Source: Patescibacteria group bacterium (lineage in GTDB: Bacteria > Patescibacteriota > Minisyncoccia > 2-02-FULL-40-12 > IGHO2-01-FULL-4-A). From it: DNA of 64,000 nt. The stretch spans positions 10,615 through 74,614 of the forward strand of contig JBBTSB010000005.1 of assembly GCA_038064915.1 (NCBI GenBank), given 5' to 3'. Below the pieces are notes generated by a model that was not told the origin of the DNA, searched no databases, and worked only from the letters and a program-made list of their open reading frames with translations. Shown piece by piece: positions 7,232 through 16,468 of this stretch. Each line of letters opens with the position of its first letter. The stretch's first letter is position 1. The position numbers and the translations under genes are program-made.

Positions 7232-9238
7232 ATGATTTCTCTCGAAACTTCCATAGAAAACCTGGCCCATGTCGGGCCTCGGACACTTCCGAGGCTGAAG
7301 CGTCTTGGTATCACCAAGGTAAAACATTTACTTTGGCACTTTCCCAGTCGGTATGAGGATTTTGCTGAGATCATTCCCATCGATCAAGCAACGCAAGTAG
7401 ACACGGTAGTGAGTATCCAGGGAGAAGTCCAAAAAATCGAAACTACTCGCGCGTGGCGGAAACACCTTAACATCACTACGGCCTATGTGGCCGATGATAC
7501 CGAGAGCATCCGGGTAGTGTGGTTCAATCAGCCATTCATCGAGCGCTCTCTTCCCGAAGGGACGCGAGTGAGCTGTTCGGGCAAGCTCAAGCTCGATAAA
7601 CGTGGCATCTATCTTTCCAGCCCTAGCTACGAAAAAATCACTCGCGATGAACTAACGCACACCGGGCGCTTGGTACCCGTGTATCCGGAGACGGATGGCA
7701 TTTCATCAAAGTATTTGCGTTTTCTCATCAAGCCCATTCTCGACCAACTCAAGGATGTCCCTGATCCCCTGCCAGTGAGTATCGTACAGAAATTCCAATT
7801 TCCCGATCTCCTCTATTCACTACGCACTATACACTTTCCCGAAACTGAACCTGATACAGTCGCGCCGCGGCAGAGGTTTGCATTTGAGGAATTGTTTTTT
7901 CTCCAGCTCCGTGCACTCATGGATCGCCAGAGAATGAAACTTTTGCCCGCGCCGCGCATTGCTTTTGAAAAAGAAAACATAGCCGCGCTGGTAAAATCTC
8001 TTCCTTTTACACTTACGAACGACCAGCGTCTTGCTGCCTTTGAAATTCTCAAAGACATAGAGCGTTCCTATCCTATGAATCGGCTTTTGAATGGCGACGT
8101 GGGTTCCGGAAAGACGGTTGTGGCACTAATTGCCGCCTATCAAACGGCACGTGCCGGGTATCAAACGGTGTTTATGGCACCGACGGAACTTCTTGCGACG
8201 CAGCACTATGGAACCATTTCAGAGCTCGTCCCCCCGGGTATCTCCCTGGGAATCTTGACGGGTAGCAAGAAAATAAATAAAGATGCTCAGATCATCGTTG
8301 GTACTCATGCCGTGATACAAAAAGGTGTTACGTTTAACAACCTAGGACTTGTGGTGATTGATGAGCAACACAGATTCGGTGTGAAACAGCGCATGAAATT
8401 AATAAAAGACCAAAAGCTCGTTCCGCATCTCCTCTCGATGACGGCGACCCCAATCCCCCGTACGCTGGCGCTGACGATATACGGCGACCTTGATGTGTCG
8501 CTCATCAAAGAAAAACCAAAAGGTCGGCAGGAAATTACCACGAAGGTCGTGTCTCATGAGAAACGAGCGGAAGCATATCAATTTATCGAAAAACAAATCC
8601 AAGAAGGAAGGCAAATTTTTGTGATTTGTCCGCGTATTGAAGCCAGCGAGGCAAAGACAGATATGAAGATGGTGACCGAAGAATTCAAAAAGCTCTCTGC
8701 GCTATTTCCTCATCGAAAAGTTGCCATGATGCACGGGAAGATGAGGGAGAAAGGCGAGATCATGCAAAAATTCAAAGATCATGAGATCGATGTTCTCGTT
8801 TCAACTTCGGTCATTGAAGTTGGTGTCGACGTTCCTAATGCCACGATTATGATGATCGAGTCGGCAGAGCGTTTTGGTCTTGCACAATTGCATCAATTCC
8901 GAGGACGTGTTGGACGCGGTGCACACCAGTCATATTGTCTTTTGTTTACGAGTAGTCCCGATATTACATCAACGCGCCGTCTCAAAGCAATGGAAGCAAC
9001 GAATGATGGCTTTAAACTTGCCGAGATGGATCTCAAAATCCGCGGCCCCGGGCAATTCACCGGCACCATACAGTCCGGTATACCCGATCTTGCCATGGCA
9101 TCGCTCTCTGATATCAACCTCATCAAAACCGCCCGGGATAGTGCCCAAGAACTTTTGAAAGAAGACGCTACGCTTTCACGCTATCCTTTACTTCATGCTC
9201 GTCTGGAAGAGCTTCAGAAGATGGTTCACTTTGAATAG
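7232..9238 (+). CDS. recG: ATP-dependent DNA helicase RecG
   Basis: MNRLLNGDVGSGKT, VIDEQHRFG, MTATPIPRTL and QLHQFRGRVGRG; start reassigned to ATG 7232. Confidence 0.97.
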   Translation: MISLETSIENLAHVGPRTLPRLKRLGITKVKHLLWHFPSRYEDFAEIIPIDQATQVDTVVSIQGEVQKIETTRAWRKHLNITTAYVADDTESIRVVWFNQPFIERSLPEGTRVSCSGKLKLDKRGIYLSSPSYEKITRDELTHTGRLVPVYPETDGISSKYLRFLIKPILDQLKDVPDPLPVSIVQKFQFPDLLYSLRTIHFPETEPDTVAPRQRFAFEELFFLQLRALMDRQRMKLLPAPRIAFEKENIAALVKSLPFTLTNDQRLAAFEILKDIERSYPMNRLLNGDVGSGKTVVALIAAYQTARAGYQTVFMAPTELLATQHYGTISELVPPGISLGILTGSKKINKDAQIIVGTHAVIQKGVTFNNLGLVVIDEQHRFGVKQRMKLIKDQKLVPHLLSMTATPIPRTLALTIYGDLDVSLIKEKPKGRQEITTKVVSHEKRAEAYQFIEKQIQEGRQIFVICPRIEASEAKTDMKMVTEEFKKLSALFPHRKVAMMHGKMREKGEIMQKFKDHEIDVLVSTSVIEVGVDVPNATIMMIESAERFGLAQLHQFRGRVGRGAHQSYCLLFTSSPDITSTRRLKAMEATNDGFKLAEMDLKIRGPGQFTGTIQSGIPDLAMASLSDINLIKTARDSAQELLKEDATLSRYPLLHARLEELQKMVHFE

Positions 9239-10766
9239 GTTTTCTATGTTTGGGCGTGACCCAGAAACCCATATATTTTCCCAACATCAGGCGGGTTTGG
9301 CCATCGAGTGCGGGAAATGATCCGAAAATAATCGTTGTGACGGGGAACAATATCCATTGGATGAGCATCCACGAGTATTTCAAGAAACCTACATGTCGCG
9401 GCCGTGGCGGCAGAATAAAGAGAGATAGTATCAGAGGCGTAAGGAGCGCCAGGAGCGCAAGACGCATGATCGTATGGGAGAGCTGAGCGTGATTAAATGA
9501 GAGCACACTGCCATTGAATTCCGGTCCACCCAAAACTCCAGGTAGCCATCCCAACAAAAATAGCATTATCGCGTTTGTCGCCCACGACCAGTACCCTTCA
9601 AAAATAGTTATCGTATAGTGTAACTTTCGGGAAAAGTATATGGTTTTGTTTTTCATAAAACCCAGTAAGAAATATGGAACATTTTCTACACCGTAGCTCC
9701 ATCTGCGGTGTTGTTTGTAGACGTTGACCATGGTTTTCCAAAAGCTTCCACCGGTATTGGTATCCATAGATACGGGGTAATGCAATGGCACCACACGATA
9801 ATCACCATCATAGCGCAATAAACACTGCCAGAAGACACGTGAGTCTTCATTGACCATGTTGGTTTGCCAAAAGCCGATATCTACGACTGCCTGGAATGGC
9901 ATGGAGTGGCTGGAAAACGTAATCAGATTTTCGGGACGGGCTTGTTGGATGGTCTGCCAGAACGTAGAGCCAAAAGCAACCACTCGTGCAAACGCCGGCG
10001 CTTCCCAAATGTTGTTGGTAAAAAAAGGAACAGGTTGATACGAGGCGCGCATACGATTTTCGCTTGTCAAAAAGACATAGGTCAGTCGACTGAAATACTC
10101 TGGAAACACCACGGTATCGATATCAAAAATGGAAACAAGAATATCTTCGTAGGGAATATGCAGTGCGTCAATAATTTCTTTTTGCACTTGCCGCCCAGCC
10201 CAAGAGATATTTGCTCCTTTTCCAGCTTGCTCTCCTTCGATGCCATCGGGATGTTCGATAATGGTAAACCGAAAAAAAGAATCTCTGAATTCATTCTCCA
10301 AGGCATTGCGTACGGCTTCATTGTGCGTGCTTCCCGCCCTTCCCTCTTGGGCGAGGACCACGATCATTCGGTCTTGCGGATAGTTTGCTTTCGTGAGTCC
10401 AAGCAGTGAATCGCGAATAAGCTCTGCCGGTTCTTGATAGGTCGGAAGGATGATGAAGTGGTAGAGGTCTTGAAACTTGAAGCTTGAACCCTGAAGTTTT
10501 TCAAGCCAATTGATTTTCATATTCCTACGGGTTTGATTATACCCGGCCCGTAAGTGGAGTGACAGATAGATTGTTTTTACCAGCCAATAGATATCAAAAA
10601 TGATGATGAAAAGCGCTGTTTCCGCAGGGAAGAAAAAAGAACACACTACCACCGCAATGAGCGTAAGCCAGGAAAATAATCCTGGAAGAATTTCAAAAAA
10701 CCGGTACCATCGCCGGTCGCCGGGATTCTGCAGATCTCGAGCTTTGCCAATATGTAATGGAATCAC
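9168..10766 (-). CDS. Membrane glycosyltransferase family 2
   Basis: N- and C-terminal TM helices, GKGAN, FDID, NED and QHRRW (D,D,D,QxxRW) motifs. Confidence 0.88.
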   Translation of the reverse strand: MIPLHIGKARDLQNPGDRRWYRFFEILPGLFSWLTLIAVVVCSFFFPAETALFIIIFDIYWLVKTIYLSLHLRAGYNQTRRNMKINWLEKLQGSSFKFQDLYHFIILPTYQEPAELIRDSLLGLTKANYPQDRMIVVLAQEGRAGSTHNEAVRNALENEFRDSFFRFTIIEHPDGIEGEQAGKGANISWAGRQVQKEIIDALHIPYEDILVSIFDIDTVVFPEYFSRLTYVFLTSENRMRASYQPVPFFTNNIWEAPAFARVVAFGSTFWQTIQQARPENLITFSSHSMPFQAVVDIGFWQTNMVNEDSRVFWQCLLRYDGDYRVVPLHYPVSMDTNTGGSFWKTMVNVYKQHRRWSYGVENVPYFLLGFMKNKTIYFSRKLHYTITIFEGYWSWATNAIMLFLLGWLPGVLGGPEFNGSVLSFNHAQLSHTIMRLALLALLTPLILSLFILPPRPRHVGFLKYSWMLIQWILFPVTTIIFGSFPALDGQTRLMLGKYMGFWVTPKHRKPIQSEPSSEALPDEHEVKDSVKA

Positions 10767-11518
10767 AATGAAAAAACAAACTGGTAGAGACCTTGTTCCA
10801 TATCATGCTCGCCCTTTTTCGCATCGAGTTCGAGTTGATGGAGGTTTTGATAGAGTTTTTTGAGTTTTCCATCATCAAAACGCTGGGACGCCATACGAGC
10901 TTTGCTGGCCACGTAGGGATGCACGCCGGTACGCCCAGGAGCGAGCATGTTGCGAAATTGGAATACGACCATCGAGAAAAGGTAGTACGGATCGGCACCA
11001 TTTGCAAGCTGGCGGTCCAGGAGCAGCAGCGCCTCGCCTTTATGTTTGTTCGCAATGGCGTCAGTGAGTTTAAAGATGTTTTCTTCTATTGTTACATTGC
11101 TTACCGCATCGAGGTCACGTTTCTCTATTCTCTTTTTTTCTTGAGCATAGTTGCAAAGTTTCTCGAGCTCGAGCTTCGTCTGCCAGGAGTCAACATAGCG
11201 AACAGCGAGGAGCGCAAGCGCATCGGAAGCGATCGCAAAACCCTCTTTTTTTAGTTCCCCTTGTATCCACTGCCGAATTTCATCGCCTTGCAATGGCTTA
11301 AACTCAACTCCTTTCTTTATTTTCTTTTCTGAAACAACAAAAACTTCCACATCATCCGGTATGTTTAGACTCTTGGGCGGATCGTAGAGGATCACCGGTG
11401 CTTGATCAAAAAGACCTTTTGTTTTCAATGCTTCCTCCCCCACCATGGCCCCCGCCGCGTGTTCTTGGAGGTACTGCTTGATCCGGTATTTGTCGAAACC
11501 GTACAAGTAAGTAATCAT
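10763..11518 (-). CDS. holA: DNA polymerase III delta subunit (shortened)
   Basis: YLYG.D.YR N-terminus, ELEKLCNY and ENIFKLTDAI motifs. Confidence 0.85.
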   Translation of the reverse strand: MITYLYGFDKYRIKQYLQEHAAGAMVGEEALKTKGLFDQAPVILYDPPKSLNIPDDVEVFVVSEKKIKKGVEFKPLQGDEIRQWIQGELKKEGFAIASDALALLAVRYVDSWQTKLELEKLCNYAQEKKRIEKRDLDAVSNVTIEENIFKLTDAIANKHKGEALLLLDRQLANGADPYYLFSMVVFQFRNMLAPGRTGVHPYVASKARMASQRFDDGKLKKLYQNLHQLELDAKKGEHDMEQGLYQFVFSL

Positions 11519-12519
11519 TGCGTCGCAATTTCGATCCACGTTGTGCCGATATTCAGTTTAAGTTCTTTGCCCTGCGCGTCTTTGAAGACCAGACGCGCCG
11601 CATCGGTCGATTTTTCCCACGTTCCGCTAACTGCTGTGCCGTTTTTGTAAAGCGTCATAGTTCCCGAGCCGGTGGTCTTGACGCGGTTATAGAGAATGCT
11701 TAAGTACTGGGAGGTTGTTTTCATGACGATGACATTATCTGCCTGGACCTGCAAATTATCCAGCGTATCTCGTTCCACGGTACCTCCACGGAAACGACTG
11801 TAGCGGTTTGTGGCCGGGTCATACGTCCACCGGACGGCAAAATCTCCAGCATAGAGCGTTGGCGACGTTAGGATTCCTTCACTTTCTCCCTCTTCAAATT
11901 TGTACCCCAATTCCTTTGCTACAGTGCTATATTTAAACTGTGCAATTTTTTCTGCAAGCAACGTTGGCGTAGAAAATCCATTGTGTGGGCGCGGGCGATT
12001 TGATTTGCGGCGGCAGGTGGTTCCGTCAAACTTAAGACAATCGATATTGTTGGTCGCTCCCGCATCAAGCTTTGCCAGTGCTTCATACTCCCCTCCCCAA
12101 TGCAGATAGAGCGCATCAAATCCCAGCACGAATGGAATAAAGTCCATGCGTGCTGAGCGAATTGACCCATACTCAGCAGGTTCTTCACATTGAAAAAGTG
12201 CCATCATGCGCGTCACCCCGCCCTCTGTAACCGGCATCTCGATAACCATGTCAGCACTTCCAATGCCCGACAGCGGGCGCGCTTCTGGATCAGAGGCATA
12301 CATGACGGCCAGTGGTCGCTTTGAGCCATTCTCGCATTCTTTGCCGCTTAGTGTTCCTTCTTGGAGTTTTGGTTTTGGGGTTTCTTTTACTGCGCTCGCA
12401 GGATTGGCAATGGCGATTTCATTTCCACCAATCTTTGCAATCGCAAATCCCCCAAGCGCAACAATCGCCACAACGGCGATGATAATGTAGTGCTTTTTGG
12501 TAAGTTGCGGAAAGCGCAT
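11515..12519 (-). CDS. DUF3048 domain membrane-anchored protein
   Basis: RPLAVM, ARPLSGI..ADMVIEMPVTEGGVTR, GSIRSAR and PHN motifs. Confidence 0.88.
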   Translation of the reverse strand: MRFPQLTKKHYIIIAVVAIVALGGFAIAKIGGNEIAIANPASAVKETPKPKLQEGTLSGKECENGSKRPLAVMYASDPEARPLSGIGSADMVIEMPVTEGGVTRMMALFQCEEPAEYGSIRSARMDFIPFVLGFDALYLHWGGEYEALAKLDAGATNNIDCLKFDGTTCRRKSNRPRPHNGFSTPTLLAEKIAQFKYSTVAKELGYKFEEGESEGILTSPTLYAGDFAVRWTYDPATNRYSRFRGGTVERDTLDNLQVQADNVIVMKTTSQYLSILYNRVKTTGSGTMTLYKNGTAVSGTWEKSTDAARLVFKDAQGKELKLNIGTTWIEIATQ

Positions 12520-12563
12520 GTCTGCAGTATACCGCCTCTTGCAAAAATAGGCAAAGTATGTCG

Positions 12564-14675
12564 CTATATTTTTTCCATCTCTTGCCAGTTTTTGCCTGCC
12601 TTCACATCCACGACAATCGGCACGTCAAACTTGTGTACGGTTTCCATAGTGGATTTGAGTTTTGGAGCGACAGATGCGACAAGATCTTTTTTGATTTCAA
12701 ACACCAGTTCATCGTGCACTTGCAGGAGCATTCTTACCTCATTGTTTCCTTTAATCTCCTCATAGACTTTGACCATTGCCATTTTGATCAGATCCGCCGC
12801 CGTGCCCTGGAGGGGCATGTTGACCGCCATTCGTTCCCCCATCGCTTGCAGTTGTGGCATGGTAGATTTGATCTCCGGAATTTCTCGCCGTCGCCCAAAG
12901 AGGGTTTCGACATAGCCTTTTTCATGTGCTTGTTTCTTGGTTTCTTCAATATATCTGGCAACTCCCGTGAACTCTGCAAAATAGCGTTCTATAAACTGTT
13001 TTCCCTCTTCGCGACTGACACCGGCCGCTCGCGCTACGCCGAGCGATCCCATACCATAGAGAACGCCAAAATTCAGTACCTTTGCTTGGCGTCTCGTGAT
13101 GTGAAGGAGTTCAGCGGTGCGCTCGTGGATATCTGCGCCAGCACGAAATGCTTCAATCATTTTTTTGTCCTGGGCGATGTGCGCGACCATGCGCAATTCG
13201 ATCTGCGAATAATCGCAGGACACAAGCTCAAAACCCTCCTCGGCAATAAACGCTTTGCGGAACTCTTGTCCCAGTGGCGTGCGGATGGGAATATTTTGTA
13301 AATTGGGGTCTTTTGAGGAAAGCCGTCCCGTAGCCGCTCCCATTTGGTCGTAGGTCGTGTGAATGCGTCCGTCAGGGCCCACGAGGCTCGGGAAGGGCTC
13401 GATATAGGTATTCTTGAGCTTCTGGAGCTCTCGGTATTGCAAAATCATATCGATGATCACATGCTCACCGCGGAGCTTTTCCAGTTCCGGGGCCGCCGTG
13501 GAGCGTGCTCCGCCCTTTGTCTTCCTCACCTTGCCAAGAATTCCAAGCTTGTCGTATAAAATATCGCCCAGCTGGCTAGGAGAATTGATATTGAATTGAG
13601 TGCCTGCTTGTCTATAAATCTCCTTTTCCAGCTCTGAAATTTCCTTATTGGTTTTTTCTAATAGCTTCTTGAGCATGGGAACGTCGACTTTAATCCCCCA
13701 TTTCTCCATAGCACGAAGCACGGGGGTAAGAGGTTCTTCGATAGTACGAACGGACTCATCAAACAACATAGGTTGTTCACTGATCGGTCCAACCGCTAAG
13801 TCAATCTCATGAAGTCGTTTTACCAAGCTTTTAAAACCAAATTCAGTAAAAAGTTCTTCCAGGTTTTTTACGTCAACGTGACCTCTCCACTTAGCTTTTT
13901 TCAGATCAAACTCTATGTCCAGATCACATACAATTTGCGAAAGCTGTTTCGAAAAAAATGCCTGATCTTTGTGTTTCGCGATTTTTTCCGGCAAATCCTT
14001 GCTTTCAAAGACTTTTTCCAGCGTGCCATGTTCTTGAATCAGTTTGGTAGCTGTTTTTTCTCCGACTCCTGGGACGCCGGGGATATTGTCCGATGGATCC
14101 CCTTTCAAGCCTCGATAATCCACCAATTGGTTTGGTCTTAGACCATACCGTTCTATAACTGCCTTTTCGTCGTATAAAATCGTGTCATTAAACCCTTTTC
14201 TCATGGTGAAAACGACAATATTGTCGTCATCTACGAGTTGGAGGGTGTCCATATCGCCAGTAGCGATAATAACCTTAATTTGCTTGCTATTTTCATTGTG
14301 GCACTTCGTGGCAAGTGTTCCTATGAGGTCATCTGCTTCGTATCCTTGCTTCTCGAAAATGGGAATTCCGAAGCCATCAAGCACTCTCTTTACGAGAGGA
14401 ATTTGATCATACAGTTCCTGTGGCGCCTTGACACGTTTTGATTTATATTGCTCAAATTGTTCATGGCGAAACGTTGGCCCTGCCAAGTCAAAGGTGGCAA
14501 TGATGTATTCCGGCTTTATTTCTCTGATCATCTTTATCAAGATCGAGCTAAAACCAAATACCCCGTTCGTCACCTTACCGCTTGGAGACGTCAATGGTGG
14601 CAATGCGTGAAACGCCCGATGAACAAGGGCGTTGCCGTCAATCAATACTAATTTTTCTCTTGTTTTTGCTGACAT
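12564..14675 (-). CDS. polA: DNA polymerase I lacking the 3'-5' exonuclease domain
   Basis: LIDGNALVHRAFHA and GDPSDNIPGVPG (5' nuclease); TGRLSSKDPNLQNIP, DYSQIELR and LQVHDELVFE (polymerase). Confidence 0.97.
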   Translation of the reverse strand: MSAKTREKLVLIDGNALVHRAFHALPPLTSPSGKVTNGVFGFSSILIKMIREIKPEYIIATFDLAGPTFRHEQFEQYKSKRVKAPQELYDQIPLVKRVLDGFGIPIFEKQGYEADDLIGTLATKCHNENSKQIKVIIATGDMDTLQLVDDDNIVVFTMRKGFNDTILYDEKAVIERYGLRPNQLVDYRGLKGDPSDNIPGVPGVGEKTATKLIQEHGTLEKVFESKDLPEKIAKHKDQAFFSKQLSQIVCDLDIEFDLKKAKWRGHVDVKNLEELFTEFGFKSLVKRLHEIDLAVGPISEQPMLFDESVRTIEEPLTPVLRAMEKWGIKVDVPMLKKLLEKTNKEISELEKEIYRQAGTQFNINSPSQLGDILYDKLGILGKVRKTKGGARSTAAPELEKLRGEHVIIDMILQYRELQKLKNTYIEPFPSLVGPDGRIHTTYDQMGAATGRLSSKDPNLQNIPIRTPLGQEFRKAFIAEEGFELVSCDYSQIELRMVAHIAQDKKMIEAFRAGADIHERTAELLHITRRQAKVLNFGVLYGMGSLGVARAAGVSREEGKQFIERYFAEFTGVARYIEETKKQAHEKGYVETLFGRRREIPEIKSTMPQLQAMGERMAVNMPLQGTAADLIKMAMVKVYEEIKGNNEVRMLLQVHDELVFEIKKDLVASVAPKLKSTMETVHKFDVPIVVDVKAGKNWQEMEKI

Positions 14676-14991
14676 GTTCAAAACGGATAGTAATGGTATC
14701 TTCTGGCAGGATATCTCGTACCCGATCCGCCCATTCTATGAAAACAATGTTTTTGGGATTTGAAAATATCTCCTGGATACCCAATTTTTCGAGTTCCTTT
14801 GCGTTTTTAAGCCGGTAGGCATCAATGTGGACGAGGTTACCATACTGCTTGATGATATTAAATGTTGGGCTTATAACCGTTTCCTTGACGCCGTAGGATT
14901 TGGCGAATTTTTGGACAAATGTGGTTTTCCCGGATCCCAGTTCACCAATTAATCCAACGACGGTTGCATTATGAGGAGTCTTCTGCGACAT
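14638..14991 (-). CDS. tsaE: tRNA threonylcarbamoyladenosine biosynthesis ATPase TsaE
   Basis: GELGSGKTTF, SPTF, HIDAYRL and IEWAD motifs. Confidence 0.93.
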   Translation of the reverse strand: MSQKTPHNATVVGLIGELGSGKTTFVQKFAKSYGVKETVISPTFNIIKQYGNLVHIDAYRLKNAKELEKLGIQEIFSNPKNIVFIEWADRVRDILPEDTITIRFEHVSKNKRKISID

Positions 14992-15331
14992 TTTTGAAGT
15001 GGGTGATCCGCGCCTTATCCTGACCCATAGTAACCGAAATAACATCTATGCGCCACTCCCGTTCAAGGTTGTTAAGGTAAAGTTTTGCTGTCCTGATTAC
15101 TTTTCGCAGTTTCAGGTAATCTGCCCGCACCTCGGGGCTAAAGGAACTTTCCGTTGCGTGTGAATTTGCCTTTACTTCAACAAATACCATGATATTTTCC
15201 TGCTTTGCGATGATATCTATCTCTCCCCACGGTTTTTGATAGTTTCTGTCTAGTATTTCGTAGCCTTTTTGCTTGAGATACCGTGTGGCGACCTCTTCAG
15301 CGGAATTGCCAAATTTTCTCCGTTCATCCAT
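14969..15331 (-). CDS. yraN: YraN family endonuclease
   Basis: GNSAEEVA..YL..KGYEILDRNY..PWGEIDII..FVEVK and WRIDVI motifs. Confidence 0.93.
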   Translation of the reverse strand: MDERRKFGNSAEEVATRYLKQKGYEILDRNYQKPWGEIDIIAKQENIMVFVEVKANSHATESSFSPEVRADYLKLRKVIRTAKLYLNNLEREWRIDVISVTMGQDKARITHFKNVAEDSS

Positions 15332-15346
15332 TATCCACTATACCTC

Positions 15347-15375
15347 TTGACGAGGCATCCGTGGAAGAGTACGAT
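15347..15375 (+). promoter_or_regulatory. sigma70-type promoter for the LysM/M23 gene
   Basis: TTGACG-N17-TACGAT. Confidence 0.55.
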
Positions 15376-15415
15376 GTCTATTAGTAATTCTCGCAAGGGA
15401 ATTTTTGCCTTATAT

Positions 15416-16468
15416 ATGGGTAAATCATTACATTTTTGGGGTACCGTGGGCCTCGCAAGTCTTCTTTTGGCCTTCAAGGGATCCGGAAGTACCAATGTCC
15501 TAGACAATCTCGCCTTGGTCGCATTTGAGGAAACTCATGTGCTCGCCAGCACTACAGAAGTGTCGCCGAGCCAGGTTTTGGATATGAATACAATATCTGC
15601 ACAAGGCATTGGATCGGATTTGGGGGTGAATGCGTTATCGACAGTTCAGAATACGTTTCTTATTCCGCGTACCGCAACATTAGCTACGCTTTTCGAGGAG
15701 GATGAGCGAACGGGAAATGTTACGTACGTTGTGCAGGAGGGAGACGTTTTGGGAGGCATCGCTTCAGATTTCGGGATAACCCTTCAGACCATTATTTCAG
15801 CCAACAAGATAGCAAATATTGATGCCATAAAACCAGGAACAGAACTCACCATCCCGCCAGTAAGCGGGGTTGTTGTTATGGTAAAGAAAGGGGATACGGT
15901 AAGCTCTCTTGCGAAAAAGTATAGCGCTGATCAAGACAAGATTATCAGTTATAATGGCCTTCCGCTCGCAGGGGATTTGCGAATAGGGGACGAGATCATT
16001 ATTCCTGGAGGAACTCCTCCTGCAGCTTCCAAGGCGCCTACCAAAGCTATTACCGGAGGTCAGCGTTTTGCTGGACTTCCAAAATTTGAAGGCTATTTTA
16101 TTAACTCTGCCACTTGCAGAATCACCAACCTATCGCACGGAAGAAACGGACGGGATTGTGCCGCTGCAGTCGGCACTCCAATATACGCTGCGGCAAGCGG
16201 TCAGGTAGAGATTGCAGACGGTTCGGGCTACAACGGTGGCTATGGTAAATATGTAAGAATAAAACACGGAAATGGGACTTCTACGCTCTATGCACATTTG
16301 AGCAAAGTTCAAGTTGTTCCGGGAGAAACAATTTCCCAGGGACAGCAACTAGGCCTTATGGGTAGTACGGGGCGCTCTACGGGATCTCACTTGCATATTG
16401 AGTGCCATGGATGCCAAAACCCCCTTGCAGGCTATAAACTTGGAGCACAAGTAGTTGCTAAACAGTAG
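15416..16468 (+). CDS. LysM x2 + M23 peptidase (start uncertain)
   Basis: YVVQEGD and VKKGDT LysM repeats; HGRNGRD, TLYAHLS and GRSTGSHLH M23 motifs. Confidence 0.9.
   Translation: MGKSLHFWGTVGLASLLLAFKGSGSTNVLDNLALVAFEETHVLASTTEVSPSQVLDMNTISAQGIGSDLGVNALSTVQNTFLIPRTATLATLFEEDERTGNVTYVVQEGDVLGGIASDFGITLQTIISANKIANIDAIKPGTELTIPPVSGVVVMVKKGDTVSSLAKKYSADQDKIISYNGLPLAGDLRIGDEIIIPGGTPPAASKAPTKAITGGQRFAGLPKFEGYFINSATCRITNLSHGRNGRDCAAAVGTPIYAAASGQVEIADGSGYNGGYGKYVRIKHGNGTSTLYAHLSKVQVVPGETISQGQQLGLMGSTGRSTGSHLHIECHGCQNPLAGYKLGAQVVAKQ

Noticed and set aside
9168-9238. 71-bp convergent overlap of recG and the GT2 gene
   Set aside because: Short 3' overlaps are common throughout this compact window and show no special structure
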